From Reclinomonas americana ATCC 50394 (Eukaryota), in contig PS015222.1 in the NCBI GenBank assembly GCA_048213135.1, forward strand, positions 1 through 64,000: a stretch of DNA of 64,000 nt, read 5' to 3'. The translations under genes were made by a program, and so were the position numbers. The notes under the pieces are model-generated. The model did not search any database. It was given only the letters and a program-made list of their open reading frames with translations, and was not told where the DNA came from. Within the stretch, counting starts at the first letter, position 1, and the number at the start of each line of letters is the position of its first letter. Below are positions 13,755 to 27,033 of the stretch, piece after piece.

Positions 13755-14693
13755 ACTATACCATCACCCTTTTTTCCTGCACGATTCACTTCACACACNN
13801 NNNNNNNNNNNNNNNNNNNNNNNNNNNNNNNNNNNNNNNNNNNNNNNNNNNNNNNNNNNNNNNNNNNNNNNNNNNNNNNNNNNNNNNNNNNNNNNNNNNN
13901 NNNNNNNNNNNNNNNNNNNNNNNNNNNNNNNNNNNNNNNNNNNNNNNNNNNNNNNNNNNNNNNNNNNNNNNNNNNNNNNNNNNNNNNNNNNNNNNNNNNN
14001 NNNNNNNNNNNNNNNNNNNNNNNNNNNNNNNNNNNNNNNNNNNNNNNNNNNNNNNNNNNNNNNNNNNNNNNNNNNNNNNNNNNNNNNNNNNNNNNNNNNN
14101 NNNNNNNNNNNNNNNNNNNNNNNNNNNNNNNNNNNNNNNNNNNNNNNNNNNNNNNNNNNNNNNNNNNNNNNNNNNNNNNNNNNNNNNNNNNNNNNNNNNN
14201 NNNNNNNNNNNNNNNNNNNNNNNNNNNNNNNNNNNNNNNNNNNNNNNNNNNNNNNNNNNNNNNNNNNNNNNNNNNNNNNNNNNNNNNNNNNNNNNNNNNN
14301 NNNNNNNNNNNNNNNNNNNNNNNNNNNNNNNNNNNNNNNNNNNNNNNNNNNNNNNNNNNNNNNNNNNNNNNNNNNNNNNNNNNNNNNNNNNNNNNNNNNN
14401 NNNNNNNNNNNNNNNNNNNNNNNNNNNNNNNNNNNNNNNNNNNNNNNNNNNNNNNNNNNNNNNNNNNNNNNNNNNNNNNNNNNNNNNNNNNNNNNNNNNN
14501 NNNNNNNNNNNNNNNNNNNNNNNNNNNNNNNNNNNNNNNNNNNNNNNNNNNNNNNNNNNNNNNNNNNNNNNNNNNNNNNNNNNNNNNNNNNNNNNNNNNN
14601 NNNNNNNTTTGTACATCATTCGACTGCTCTGCAGCGGCAACAACAACAACACTACGCTATTTTCCACCTCTCATTTTTCCTTCCCCAGCACAG

Positions 14694-15906
14694 TTATTTG
14701 CCATACTTTGCCTTGAATGCCCTCACAAAGGCTTGCAGCTGAGAGGAAAGTGAGTTGTCACAGCTGCTGCTGATNNNNNNNNNNNNNNNNNNNNNNNNNN
14801 NNNNNNNNNNNNNNNNNNNNNNNNNNNNNNNNNNNNNNNNNNNNNNNNNNNNNNNNNNNNNNNNNNNNNNNNNNNNNNNNNNNNNNNNNNNNNNNNNNNN
14901 NNNNNNNNNNNNNNNNNNNNNNNNNNNNNNNNNNNNNNNNNNNNNNNNNNNNNNNNNNNNNNNNNNNNNNNNNNNNNNNNNNNNNNNNNNNNNNNNNNNN
15001 NNNNNNNNNNNNNNNNNNNNNNNNNNNNNNNNNNNNNNNNNNNNNNNNNNNNNNNNNNNNNNNNNNNNNNNNNNNNNNNNNNNNNNNNNNNNNNNNNNNN
15101 NNNNNNNNNNNNNNNNNNNNNNNNNNNNNNNNNNNNNNNNNNNNNNNNNNNNNNNNNNNNNNNNNNNNNNNNNNNNNNNNNNNNNNNNNNNNNNNNNNNN
15201 NNNNNNNNNNNNNNNNNNNNNNNNNNNNNNNNNNNNNNNNNNNNNNNNNNNNNNNNNNNNNNNNNNNNNGCATGTGCACAGTGCATTGACCCCCTCCTTT
15301 GTAGGTTTCTCGAGACCTCACAACGGCGGCTTCAAGAACTGCAGACGCAGTTTGGGAAGCCAGACTCGCAAGTGGATCCTGTCGGTCAGCCCGCCTGCAA
15401 CCTCCTCCTCCCTGTCTGTGCTTGGGCACTCACTGTCGTCGTGCGGTGCGCAGAGGCGCACGAGAGCTCACACGACGTCAAGGGTGCATCATCGACCATT
15501 GGCTGCAACAAGATCTGCCACTTTGCCACGATTATTAACGAGGTGATTGACGCGGTTTCATGCGTATTTGTTTTCATCGATTCTCACACGACGCTGCAAC
15601 AGGCTGTGCGTGCCGACAAGCCCGACTTTGCCGTGTGTCGGCAGGCATTGCCACAGTTGGCCGGCGCCATTGACCAGGTGTGTGTGTACGCTCGCNNNNN
15701 NNNNNNNNNNNNNNNACGTGCACGCGCAGCGAACACAGCAGCCATCGCAACTCTTCCAATAGCTGCGCTCCAAATAAAGTAAATCGTGCAATGAGTGGAA
15801 CATATAAAATCCAACTCGTTGGTCAATCGCACACACTAACCTCCAACAGAAACTCGTTGTCGTTGTCGGTCTGCTCCGACGCAAAGTCCAGATCAATAGC
15901 CCCCAT
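14694..15906 (-). CDS. Histidine phosphotransfer (HPt) protein, RdeA/Ypd1/AHP-like. Exons 1, 2 and 6 are on -, exons 3-5 (15305-15677) on + within a gap-bounded contig
   Basis: The joined product is MGAIDLDFASEQTDNDNEFLLE-LLEEFLETSQRRLQELQTQFGKPDSQVDPVEAHESSHDVKGASSTIGCNKICHFATIINE-AVRADKPDFAVCRQALPQLAGAIDQ-LQAFVRAFKAKYGK*. It contains the H-x-x-KG-x-S-x-x-IG phosphoacceptor motif, and intron phases match across the strand switches. Confidence 0.85.
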
Positions 15907-17392
15907 ACACAACGCCTTGCCTGTATTCGACCAAATCGGCAAACCGAGGAACGCACGCAAGCACAATGTGAAACAAAAGGGCACGCCGCACCTTCCCATT
16001 GTTCCACTTGGTCGAGACTCATTTCGTCGACAGTGCAGCTTTCTCGCACTCACTGGGAGGGAGGGGCCAATACAGTGAGAACGCCAGCACACACACTCGA
16101 TCTCCGATTGGTGATACAGAAATCAACGGAGACCGGAAAGTAAGCAACACCGTTATCATTGGCGGGTCCGCTCAGCCTCTCCCTCTCTCCCTCTACTCGC
16201 TAACGAACATGCACTCACTTGCATATAAGCGCACATGCATCTCCGCACACTGAGTGGGAAACCCACAGGACAACTTAGCAAAACATGGAGTGACATATCC
16301 GTCGACGCCGTGCGCATCGTTGCTATCGCAGCATCTTTTCCTCTCACACTCACTCACTCACTGGCGTGCATGCAACGCCTGACAGTCAGTGCACGCATTT
16401 GTGCGCCGAGATGCTCTCATCACATTGCACAACAAAGAAAAAAGACAAGAAGAGCGCAGCAGGTTTTTCCTCTCACTCTCTCACTCTCTCGCGCACACAC
16501 ACACTCGCCCTCAACCAACGACTGACAACGTGCGCACACATTGCTCTACGAGTCTCTCTCTGTGTGTGTGTGTGTGTGCCACAAAAGCGCCAAGTGTCTA
16601 CAGAGTGAGTGAGAAGAAAATGGCCGGCACCGGCAAACACCCGAAAGGAGGAGGCATTTCCTTCCCGCCCCTGCGCGCGCTCTCTCTCATTTACACCTCT
16701 CCTCTTCCCCCTCCCCTGCCACTCACGCACACACACCTCACACTCGCACACTCACCAATCGATAGTTAATTGGGACTGGAGTGCCGGTCGACGGATGTGA
16801 GGATGATTCGATGACGTCATTGATAGGGCGGCTCGCAGACCTCGCAAATCAAGACCTCGTGTGAAACAGCGGTGTGTTCCTCTCTCTGTGTCTCTGTGTC
16901 TTGTGTGTGTCTGTCTCTGCACGTGCGTGCGAGTGAGTGAGAGTGAATGAGCACATGCATCGTGGCGCAGTGAGCAGTTTGTTTTCCTCCGTGTAATAAG
17001 TCGTTTTGCTGGCTCTCTCACACCACAAAAGTGTGTGCATCCACTCACACGCGCACATACGCACGTACACATACACTTGTGCACATACACGCGCACTGTG
17101 AGATACAGTTTGCTGGTGGGCGGAGAGAAGCGGGGTCGGGTCTGTGAGTGTGCGACATGAACCCTGTGTCATGTGCGATCTCTCACTCACACACACTCTT
17201 TCTCGTCCAACTGGAACACACACACACTTCTTTTGCACACTTGACTCGCACGCACGTGTACACAAACAGTGACTCCTTCTCTCTGTGTGCCTGTGTGTTG
17301 TGTGGAGAGAGAGAGCACACACTTGCGGCGTCAGTTTGTCTGCAACGTTTTTTAAGCATTCGTCTCAACCAAGCCTCTCACACACAGATACT

Positions 17393-20371
17393 CTAATCCA
17401 GCGCACGGCGACATGCAGCGACTTGAGAGACGGCCACCGCCCTCGCTGGCAGTGGTGAGTGTGTGCAAGAGAGAGTGTGTGCGTTCTCGATCAGTTTGCC
17501 AACGTCAGGTGCAGGATTGTGAAGGCGATGTGGAGCGTGCGCAGCGTGCTCGTGCGCTAGTGGATATGGTGCTGCAGCAGAGACGCAAGCNNNNNNNNNN
17601 NNNNNNNNNNNNNNNNNNNNNNNNNNNNNNNNNNNNNNNNNNNNNNNNNNNNNNNNNNNNNNNNNNNNNNNNNNNNNNNNNNNNNNNNNNNNNNNNNNNN
17701 NNNNNNNNNNNNNNNNNNNNNNNNNNNNNNNNNNNNNNNNNNNNNNNNNNNNNNNNNNNNNNNNNNNNNNNNNNNNNNNNNNNNNNNNNNNNNNNNNNNN
17801 NNNNNNNNNNNNNNNNNNNNNNNNNNNNNNNNNNNNNNNNNNNNNNNNNNNNNNNNNNNNNNNNNNNNNNNNNNNNNNNNNNNNNNNNNNNNNNNNNNNN
17901 NNNNNNNNNNNNNNNNNNNNNNNNNNNNNNNNNNNNNNNNNNNNNNNCCCATCGCTGCCACTCCAATCTTCTGCTCCCGACACGCACATCGAGTGAGTCG
18001 TTGCACCGTGAGATGCAAAGCAGCTCGCAACACAACTGTAGAAGCGCGCGAAGTGGCCGCTCTGCCGTGCTGGCACAGTAGCGTCGGCCCCGGCGTGCAG
18101 GAGAATGATTGCGGGCGTTGGCAGACTCGTCTTTGGAGCTGCAACACAGAACATGTGTGTGGTCGGTGAGAGGAAGGCGCGTGGCAGCTACGGTGGCACG
18201 TGTGCGCATACCGTAGAAGGCGCACTGCGAGGCCCACCACGACGGTGAGAAGTCGTTGAAACGGTCTTCGCCGCCCATGGCACGAGCCATTGGCGAGAAT
18301 TTCTCCACACCTGCGTTGCCAGTCGTCAGCGACACATGAGGCGACGACTAAAGAGTGTGTGCTCGTTCACGCAACAGCGATACGACTCGTGCTTGAAATG
18401 GTCCTCAATGTCATACACGCCATTGATGCCGATCATGGTGCGCAGCGAGCGAATCCAGCTAGCTGTGGTGCGCAGCACGGAACAAAGGAGAGAACCGTGA
18501 GCAGCAGTGGTAACAGGCAGGAAACGCGTGCAACGCATCACGCAACGTGACGAAGTGAGACCACACTCGTAGAGCACATTGTCCAGGCGGTGCTTTTCGG
18601 CAGCAGTCGGGTTGATCTTGGCGTCTTGGCACAGTCGCAGCATGGTTGTCAGCGCGACAAGATGCGCGCCAGCGCTGTGCCCGACCAAGTGTATGCAACC
18701 GGGATCTGACGGCACCATCATCGGAAGGAGATGTGCGGCACACACATACACACGAGCGTACACACAAGATGCAACAACAAACCTCCGCCGTAGCGCGGCG
18801 CAAAGTCGCGTGTCCACTGCACACAAGCATCAATGTCGGCCACCATCTGTTGCACATTACCCTGCACGCCGCACAATGAGGGGACTGGAATTCGCGGACA
18901 ACAACAGACGCTTGTGATTCGCAGGCACCTTTGGGAAGAGTGTGTACGACGGGATGACGCACACAAAGCCCATGGTCTGCAAGAAACGACCGACGAATGC
19001 ATACTCCGTACGAGAGCCCCAGCCCCAAGCGCCGCCGTGCACAAAGATCACCACTGGTCGCATGCCCGGTTCGCCCGGTGGACCCTGCGTGTTTTGCAGA
19101 TACACATCCAACAGCGCGGCTGGACTCTGCTCCCACACGCGATACCGAATGTCGCGCTCCACAGCCGCCGAGCAGTTAACCAGCGCGTAGCGATAGGCAC
19201 ACAACCAAATCGGGGCGACGATAAAGTGCTGCGTCGAACGGTGAGTCTGGGTTGCATACCACCCGTCTTCCACGGCAGGGAGACTGACGCACCCACAAAA
19301 CGTGCCACGCCATCTGCAGCGCAGTCCAGAATTTGCGGTATGCCGCGCGCACAACACGGAACACCACGTTCTCACTGAAGCGCACAGGAGACGAGACGCG
19401 CACCACATTGGGAATCGACGTCTCAATCGGCATGGCCGTAGCAGCCGGCTCGTACGGTTGTCGCGTGGGCGACACGCGACGCACAACTTTCTGTGGAGCA
19501 GAGAATGTGAGTGGAGTGGACGAGAGACGCCCGCACACACGAGACGGCGCACCACTGGGTCTGGATCGGGGGTGATGGGTGGCGGACCATCATCATCATC
19601 ATCATTGTCTTCGCCATCCTCGCGGAAGCTCTGATGACCATGATACCACTGATCCATCTCGCGCAGACTCTGCTCCACTTGCAGGTACTTGTTGTGCAGC
19701 TCTTGCAAGAACTGCACGTAGACACACACGAAGGTATGAGCCTCCTCTCTTCCCCTGCTCCTCTTCACGAGAACAACTGACCATCCGCACAAGAGGCCTG
19801 CGTGAAATCGCACTTGGTCAGTTTGCAGAGGCAGGTTGAGAGTCTCTCTCTCTCTTGCAAACTCACCGAATCTGCTCCTGAGTGATTGAGCCTGTGCGCT
19901 GCGTGTCGAGCTGATGAAACACTGCGCGTGGAGTGCGTCAGTTGTCTCTTCACACAGCGATATTTTGTTGCTCTCAACGCAACTGCGACGAATGTCGGTG
20001 TTGCTGGGAATCTCACGTGGCGCCACCGCCAGTCTCTCGTAAAAGTCATTCACCAACTACCATGAAACACACGAGTGCGCATGTGTGTGTGAGAGAAACA
20101 AGAAGAGAGCGACATGGCTTCTTCACGCGCGCGCGTGTGTGTGTGTGCGTGCATACGTTACCTGGTGGAACTCGCGATGATCGACCACACCGTCGCCGTT
20201 CATGTCAGAGGCATTGAAGAATTCCTGTGTGTGCAGAGATCCGGTGATGACGTGTGCTGCGTTGCATGCACGATGATACGTGACCGCACGCACCTCCACA
20301 TAGCTGTCGAAGGCTTCAGGGCGCGAGAGAATGTCACGCAGCTGTGCACTCAGCGGCGCAGCAGTTGTCAT
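17393..20371 (-). CDS. EF-hand pair fused to an isoprenylcysteine methylesterase (ICME)-like alpha/beta hydrolase
   Basis: EF loops DMNGDGVVDHRE and DTQRTGSITQEQ. Hydrolase motifs LDVY, VIFVHGGAWGWG, LVGHSAGAHL, GINGVYDIEDHF, LLHAGADATVP. The 3' part crosses a gap. Confidence 0.82.
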
Positions 20372-20463
20372 TTGTCACAGCGCGCGCGTGATCGCAGAAA
20401 ACGAAGGGGATGAGGACAGGGGATAGGACGCAGTGATTCATTTCGTCATTTCGTTCCCGCCGG

Positions 20464-23400
20464 CTACCTCTTGCTGGCAGGGAGCATTGGCACGCCACTT
20501 CGGCGGCGATTGCGAGAGTAAAACTGCAGCGTCTGCAGGCCCGGTGGCCCAATGTACGCAATGTCTCCATTGCTGGCAACTGGCGCCTCGCGTTCGGCTG
20601 CAACAGAAACGTGAGAGCAGACTCTGCATAGAGGGAGAGGGAATGAAATACCATCACCCTCTGGAGCATGTCGAGGCTTCTTGTGTGCATAGCGGAAGCT
20701 GCTGGCTCGCATCTGCGCGTTGCCGGAACGTCGCAGCATGCCAATTTCCTTCTCCGAGGTCGAATGTGAATCACTGTTGCCGCAGCACGAGGAAGAAGAG
20801 CAGTGAGAATGCTGCTGTCGTAACAAGAGGTAGATGTAGAACGCAACTGGCGATGCAGTTTGGCTCCCGGCAACATCTGCGTCACTGTGCGAGTCGCCGG
20901 CGGTGTTACCACTGACGCAGAGCCACTGCGTGAACGCGGCTCATGGCCAAGACGCTGCGCAAGTGCAGGCATCGACCTGTGTGGTACGACAGAGTCAGCA
21001 ACTGTCACATGCTCGTACTCAAGCAGAGTGCACTCACCACTCCGAGTCATCGGCCAGCGGCGGCTGCAACACGTGGTTGACTGCTGCTGCTGCGGAGCCG
21101 CCTGTGCAGTTTGCAGAACCATGCGTCACATACGAGAAGCTCACAGCACCAGGAGAATGACGCGAATACACACCAGAAGCACCACCACCAGGAGGTCCGA
21201 GAGCCGGCGGCTGCAAGACAACGTGTGAGCAACTCGCATCAATAGTTACTTGCCTCCACGCAGCAACGATCAGCAAACCTGCGGGGCGAATTCCTTCATT
21301 CTGTACACACAACGCAGTGAGTACACACAGCAGATGTGTGCTACAGACTGCACGAGACTTGAACGCAACAATACAGCGCCGCCGGGCAACAACGACAAGT
21401 CTACAGACACCACAATCCCTGTCTATTAGCACAACAACTTACAGAAACAGAGTTGCGGCGCGACGCCTGCACGCACCGACTCCCGCTTGAATGAGCTCGC
21501 GTAGCGCGGCCTCGTCGGCTTCCTGTGCCATCTGAATGTGCTCGCGAACAGTCAGACGCACTGCGTTACGCACCTGCACACGACACATGCATAACAAACC
21601 TGGAACATGCGCTCCTCAAACAAAGCCTGCTGTGCAGCCATGCGACGCTGCGTTTCATCCTGCGATCGCTGCTGCTTTGGCTTGGCCGTGTGGCGCGGCA
21701 CATATCGCAATCTGTGGCCATGCAAGACAGTGCGTGCGTGAGACAGAGAACGTGGACTGCAACGCAGGGTCACGATCACCGCAACTTGGTGTGCAGTGCA
21801 TTGGCCGCGACGGTTGGCGTCGGCTGCGTGGGAATCGGGAACTGGCGCGGCGACAAGCTGTACCACACACACATTGTGAGACGTCAGACGCGCATGCCAC
21901 ATGGTCGGAAGAGAGCACGATACAACAAACCTCAACAGGTCGCGCCCCGGCGTCGACAATGGTCTCAACGTGAACATGGCGGTGGAGGGTGTCGGGTGGT
22001 CGCCAGCAGTGCCCAGAGCGGTCACGGCCCGACCACCACTCAAACGGACGATCTCATCCAAATCCAGTTGCTCCTCACCGGGCGGTGGTGGAGAGGTGGA
22101 GCTGTCGACTGGCGACCAACCGCGTGCAAACGGTGGTGGTGGGGCCGGTGGCGGGGGTGACACGGATCGTTGGCGAGCATACCCTGGCGGCTTGGGCGGT
22201 GGTCTGCAAGCGTGCTCTGCGGGGTGAGAATGCAGACCAGGAAAAAAAAAGGGTGGGTCACAAAAAGAAAAGGCACGCAACGACATGGTCACGTCGTTCA
22301 GTTGCGGAGGACTGGCTGCATGTGGCAGAATAATGTGAGCGAGACCGCCGCTGGCTGGCGAGTTCATGCCGCTTGCCGACGGCTCAAGTGGCACCCTGGA
22401 CATGCCGGTGGCGACGTGGCCGAGACTGCTGCGCCGCGCACCCAGTGTCGCCTTGAACTGCCCGTGAGACTCGGTGTGGGCGGCGCGCTCCACAACTGCT
22501 TCTGCCTCGAGTTCGTAGTTTCGTTGCGCCACCATGCCCTCAATCGACACGTCGGCGTGCGCCAGCAGTTGACGCTCCAGCAAATCGTCCAGTGGATCTA
22601 CGGAAGGCGCTTCTTTGGAGAGCGTCACTCGGCTCATGCGCGGTTGCACAGCCGCCAAGTACGTCTTGGCAGTTTCTCTGGCGACACACGCGGTCAGTGA
22701 GCTGCACAAATCACTCCAAATACAAGAAAATTCCGCTGACTCACCTCGCCTCGTCCGTCGCCGCCGACGCTGAGCTGGCCGCCGGTTCTCCCTCTCGGTA
22801 GTTCGGATCCAGACGCACCAACACCGATGATGAACCGGGTGGACTGGAGGGTGGTCGGTGGAAACGCTCTGCACGCAACGACTGTCCGTGAGGAACCATG
22901 CAACAACAGAAAAGGAACAGTCATTCCGTCATTCAGTCACTCACCAGCTGCACCGGCGTGCATTGTGGCGGATTCAGCTTGCACCGACAGCCGTTCTCGT
23001 AACCTCGGCGCCGAGTGCACTCCATGACGGTGACGTGGACTGAGGTTCTCCGTGGGCTCTGTGGACTGACCGCGCGGCGGTCGTGGCGACTCTCGAGGTG
23101 AGTGGGGCGGTGAAGTGGGTGGACTTCGTGTCATGGACCGCGGTGTCAGACGCGGAGCATCGACAGTCGGAAAGCGATCGACATTGGCCGTCGCTACCGC
23201 CCCAGCAGTGGTCGACTCTGCATGTGCACCGGCCGTGTATGTCGAGCGCTCATTTAGGTGAGCCGGGAACACCAGGCGACTGAAATATGACAATGCATCA
23301 CCAATGAGTCAACACGACGTGAGCACAAATCATCGCCAATGAAACACAACGGTGGCGGTGGTTTTGGGGCGAGTGGAGAGCCGCCGTTCGGGTGCCTGCG

Positions 23401-26400
23401 CGTACCAGCAAACCAGCCAACCACAGAATGAACAAACATGGATCGGGTTTGCCGAGGAGTGGGCATACGCGCACCTGTCTGAAGCGTGACGACCGACAGC
23501 ACCCTCGTCTTCCGAGCCCTCCAAGTCGCCAGCATCATTGACCGACACGGGTGAGCCGAACCCAGGCGGACCGCTTCCGCGACGACCGCCGCGTGGAGAC
23601 AATCGCGGTGATGCCTCGCCACCTGCACGAGTCGAGTGAGCACGAGTCACCAGTTGCTATTCGCATGCATCATAACTGTTGAGCGGTGGTGATCCACTGA
23701 CGGCCGCTCCCGCGACAAACAGCTTGCTGCCGGCGTACGATGCGATATCGTAAGCAGAAATGTTGCGCACTTCACCGCGCACTCGGCGGTCGGTTGCAGA
23801 GGCACTGATCAGATGCTCGCGAATGCCCGACTGCGCAATTGCCGCCGAATTCCTGTGCAAGCATGCGTGCCACTCAGCAAGTGTGCATCCACAACTGATA
23901 CACAGAAAGCCAGCCAGCCACGCAACGACTTCTTCTTCCGCTTTCTCCGACTGCGGGCCGAGGATTCATCCGACATTTGCAAGTCATCCATTGGCGGCGG
24001 TGGCACATGCGGTATTACGGGCATGCGGAAGTGATGCTGCGTTGGTGGCACCGCTCTCCTGTCCGAATACGGTCTGCGTNNNNNNNNNNNNNNNNNNNNN
24101 NNNNNNNNNNNNNNNNNNNNNNNNNNNNNNNNNNNNNNNNNNNNNNNNNNNNNNNNNNNNNNNNNNNNNNNNNNNNNNNNNNNNNNNNNNNNNNNNNNNN
24201 NNNNNNNNNNNNNNNNNNNNNNNNNNNNNNNNNNNNNNNNNNNNNNNNNNNNNNNNNNNNNNNNNNNNNNNNNNNNNNNNNNNNNNNNNNNNNNNNNNNN
24301 NNNNNNNNNNNNNNNNNNNNNNNNNNNNNNNNNNNNNNNNNNNNNNNNNNNNNNNNNNNNNNNNNNNNNNNNNNNNNNNNNNNNNNNNNNNNNNNNNNNN
24401 NNNNNNNNNNCGCACTGTGTGTCAGCATGCACCTCTTACAAAGCACGCAGCAGGCACACGAACCGCCTGCATTGCTGTCGACTGACATTGTCCACCCTCC
24501 ACCAAGAGTACCACTCGTACGTGTGGCACTCGGATGTCTTTGCAATCTCGACATCGACTGCCCGCTGGCTCCGGCGATGGCCAGTGGATGCTCCAGTGGG
24601 AATTCGATGACTCGTTGACTAACTGCACGCGGCGATGTCTGACCCGACACATTCGGTGGCGACACCGACACTGCAAGGAGAGAGAGAGAGGAAGGGAGGG
24701 AGAGAGAGAGCACAGATCCTGTCAGCAAACATCCCACGCGCACGTGCACAGAGCAACTCGCACACAACTGCGAGTGGCTGGTGACTGTCGTAGCTTGCCA
24801 CTCTTCGATCGGCTGAGCGGCCGTCCTCGCTGTGCGGCAGTGAATGAGTGCACCATTCTTCTTCAGCAACAACCTCGAGTATCGAGCTCTCAACTCCTGC
24901 ATCTGCTCCCTCTGTCTCGTCGTCGGACGGCACCAGTGTAGCTGGCGAGGAGGGATCATTGAGCGGTGGATTGAAGCCGGCGGCCCCGGGATCGAACACA
25001 AACTCCGTCTGCCACAGGCCCACCCATCAGTGTGTCAACAAAGAGACTGCCACAATGGTAACACGAGGCGCACCGGAGGGTTGATGGGCCCGCCGGAAAA
25101 CGCCGTAGCTTGACGAGACCGTGGACGTTGCTGCTGCTCGTAACTGTGACAACGCTTCGTGAATAGCATGCCCCAGTACTCTCAAGGTGTGGTGCGTCAA
25201 CCAACCTGTGTTGCCTGGCCGAGGCCGAATCGTGCGCAGTGTACTCTTGCAGCGAGCGCAACTTCTGTCGCAGCGTCTTGATCGACTGCACGTCCGACCC
25301 TGCCGCCACCAATTCCTGCAGGCTGCGTACGATGCTCTCGTACAACTCATCAAGCGCCTTGTGTGAGAGCTGCACACACCACAGTGTGAGTCTGCATGCT
25401 CACTCAACACTGCTGTGTGGATGACGTAGCGACCGCCCACCTTTTCAAACTCGGCCCAGTCGGCTGCCATGTCGGCGGCACTGGAGATGGACGAGGCGCT
25501 CATCAAGTGCGACGCCGAATACTCTGCCGTGTCCATCTCCAGCGTCCCTGACGGTGGCAGCTGTGACAAATCGAGACTCGGCACACCCATCGCCAGCGAA
25601 GAACTGCCATTCTGCTCTCGATCTGCCCACAGCAATCACACGAGCGTGAGCAATCTCCAGCATCGCCCTGAGCTGTCGCATCGCATTCCCCCGCAAGCAC
25701 ACAACGTTTCGGATCGAGAGCTACACCACGCAGGGCCGACGAAGAAACGGAGAAGGCTGCGGCGGGAGAACGCCGACGGAATCGCGCACCCATGTCGGCC
25801 GAAGAGGGCGCATTGCGGGCGACCAGACCCGTTCCATTCGATGACCACGCCTCGTCGAGGTGCGTTGGTGAGATGGTGCGGCCGGGCGGCACCGGAGGCG
25901 AGGAGGCGGAGCGTGGACCCGCTCGTGAGCCCACCAGACCACCAGCCGCCACAATCATGCGGGGAGTCGGGTCGGTCCACGACTCCAGCAACGCCGACAC
26001 CTGCATGCGCACCGCACGATACGACGGATCCTCTGCCGATTGCGAAGCGGCCGCCGCCGCCGCCGACATCCCCCCACTACGCGCCGAGTGGAAGCCCGTG
26101 CTCGAATGAGCCTGCGAGCGACTCACTGCACGACTCGGCTGCCCCGACAGCGGCGCAAGCATCGGTTCCTCGGCGGCTGCGGCCGCGGCCGCCGCCATAC
26201 TCGCCATCACTCGACTCGCCAGCGTATTCCCCGACGACGACGCCGTGGTGACCACCGTCCCACTCGGCGACGACACACTACCACCCTCCAACGAAGGCGG
26301 ATTCCGCGTCGGCAGCGAGCCTCGTCGCTGCTCAACGAACGCCACTGTACTCGGCTGCTGCTGCTGCTGGAGCTGCTGCTGGCTACGCTGCCCTTTGCGC

Positions 26401-26846
26401 GGTGACAGTATCCGCTTGCTCCCCTGCAATCCCATCTGCTCCTCGAGATTCACCGACGCACGAGCCGTGTTGGGTCGCTTGGTGCTGAACCGACGCCGAT
26501 GCTGACCACGGAGAGAGAGTGTAAGCGTGAGCGAGAGTACATTGCAAACGATCATCCGTTATATATGCGTGGATGAACTCCCCTTTCCTCGCCCCCCTCC
26601 CTCACCCACACACACATGTGACGAAACTTCACGGTCAACGGCTTGAAAGCGTCGCGCGGCAGCCTCTTGCTGTGCCAGGGCGGCGTTGCTGGGCGGCACC
26701 AACACCGGCAACGCCAACGGATGATGGTGATGACTCTGCTGCGGCTGCTGCTGTTGACTGTTGTGTGCCTGCTGAGAGGGGTGTTTCGCCTGCGCATGAC
26801 GCGCAGCCGTCGCCACCGCGGAGAGCGCGTGGTGGCCACCCGACAT
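20464..26846 (-). CDS. Large multi-exon low-complexity hypothetical protein (Ser/Pro/Gln-rich, short coiled coil)
   Basis: A chain of minus-strand exons with GT..AG introns from MSGGHHALS to ...PMLPASKR*, including the helical segment LDELYESIVRSLQELV..LRQKLRSLQEY. It could be two genes split at the 24080-24410 gap. Confidence 0.5.
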
Positions 26847-27033
26847 CAAGTGACTGCGTGATTTTATTTTATTTGTCCGGATTGTATCGGCCGGTCCGGC
26901 AGAGTGGTGGACTCACCCATCGTTTGTCTGTCGCGGTGAGAGCACAAATNNNNNNNNNNNNNNNNNNNNNNNNNNNNNNNNNNNNNNNNNNNNNNNNNNN
27001 NNNNNNNNNNNNNNNNNNNNNNNNNNNNNNNNN

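Noticed and set aside
9245-15546. Long ORFs containing X runs
   Set aside because: They are artefacts of translating N gaps.
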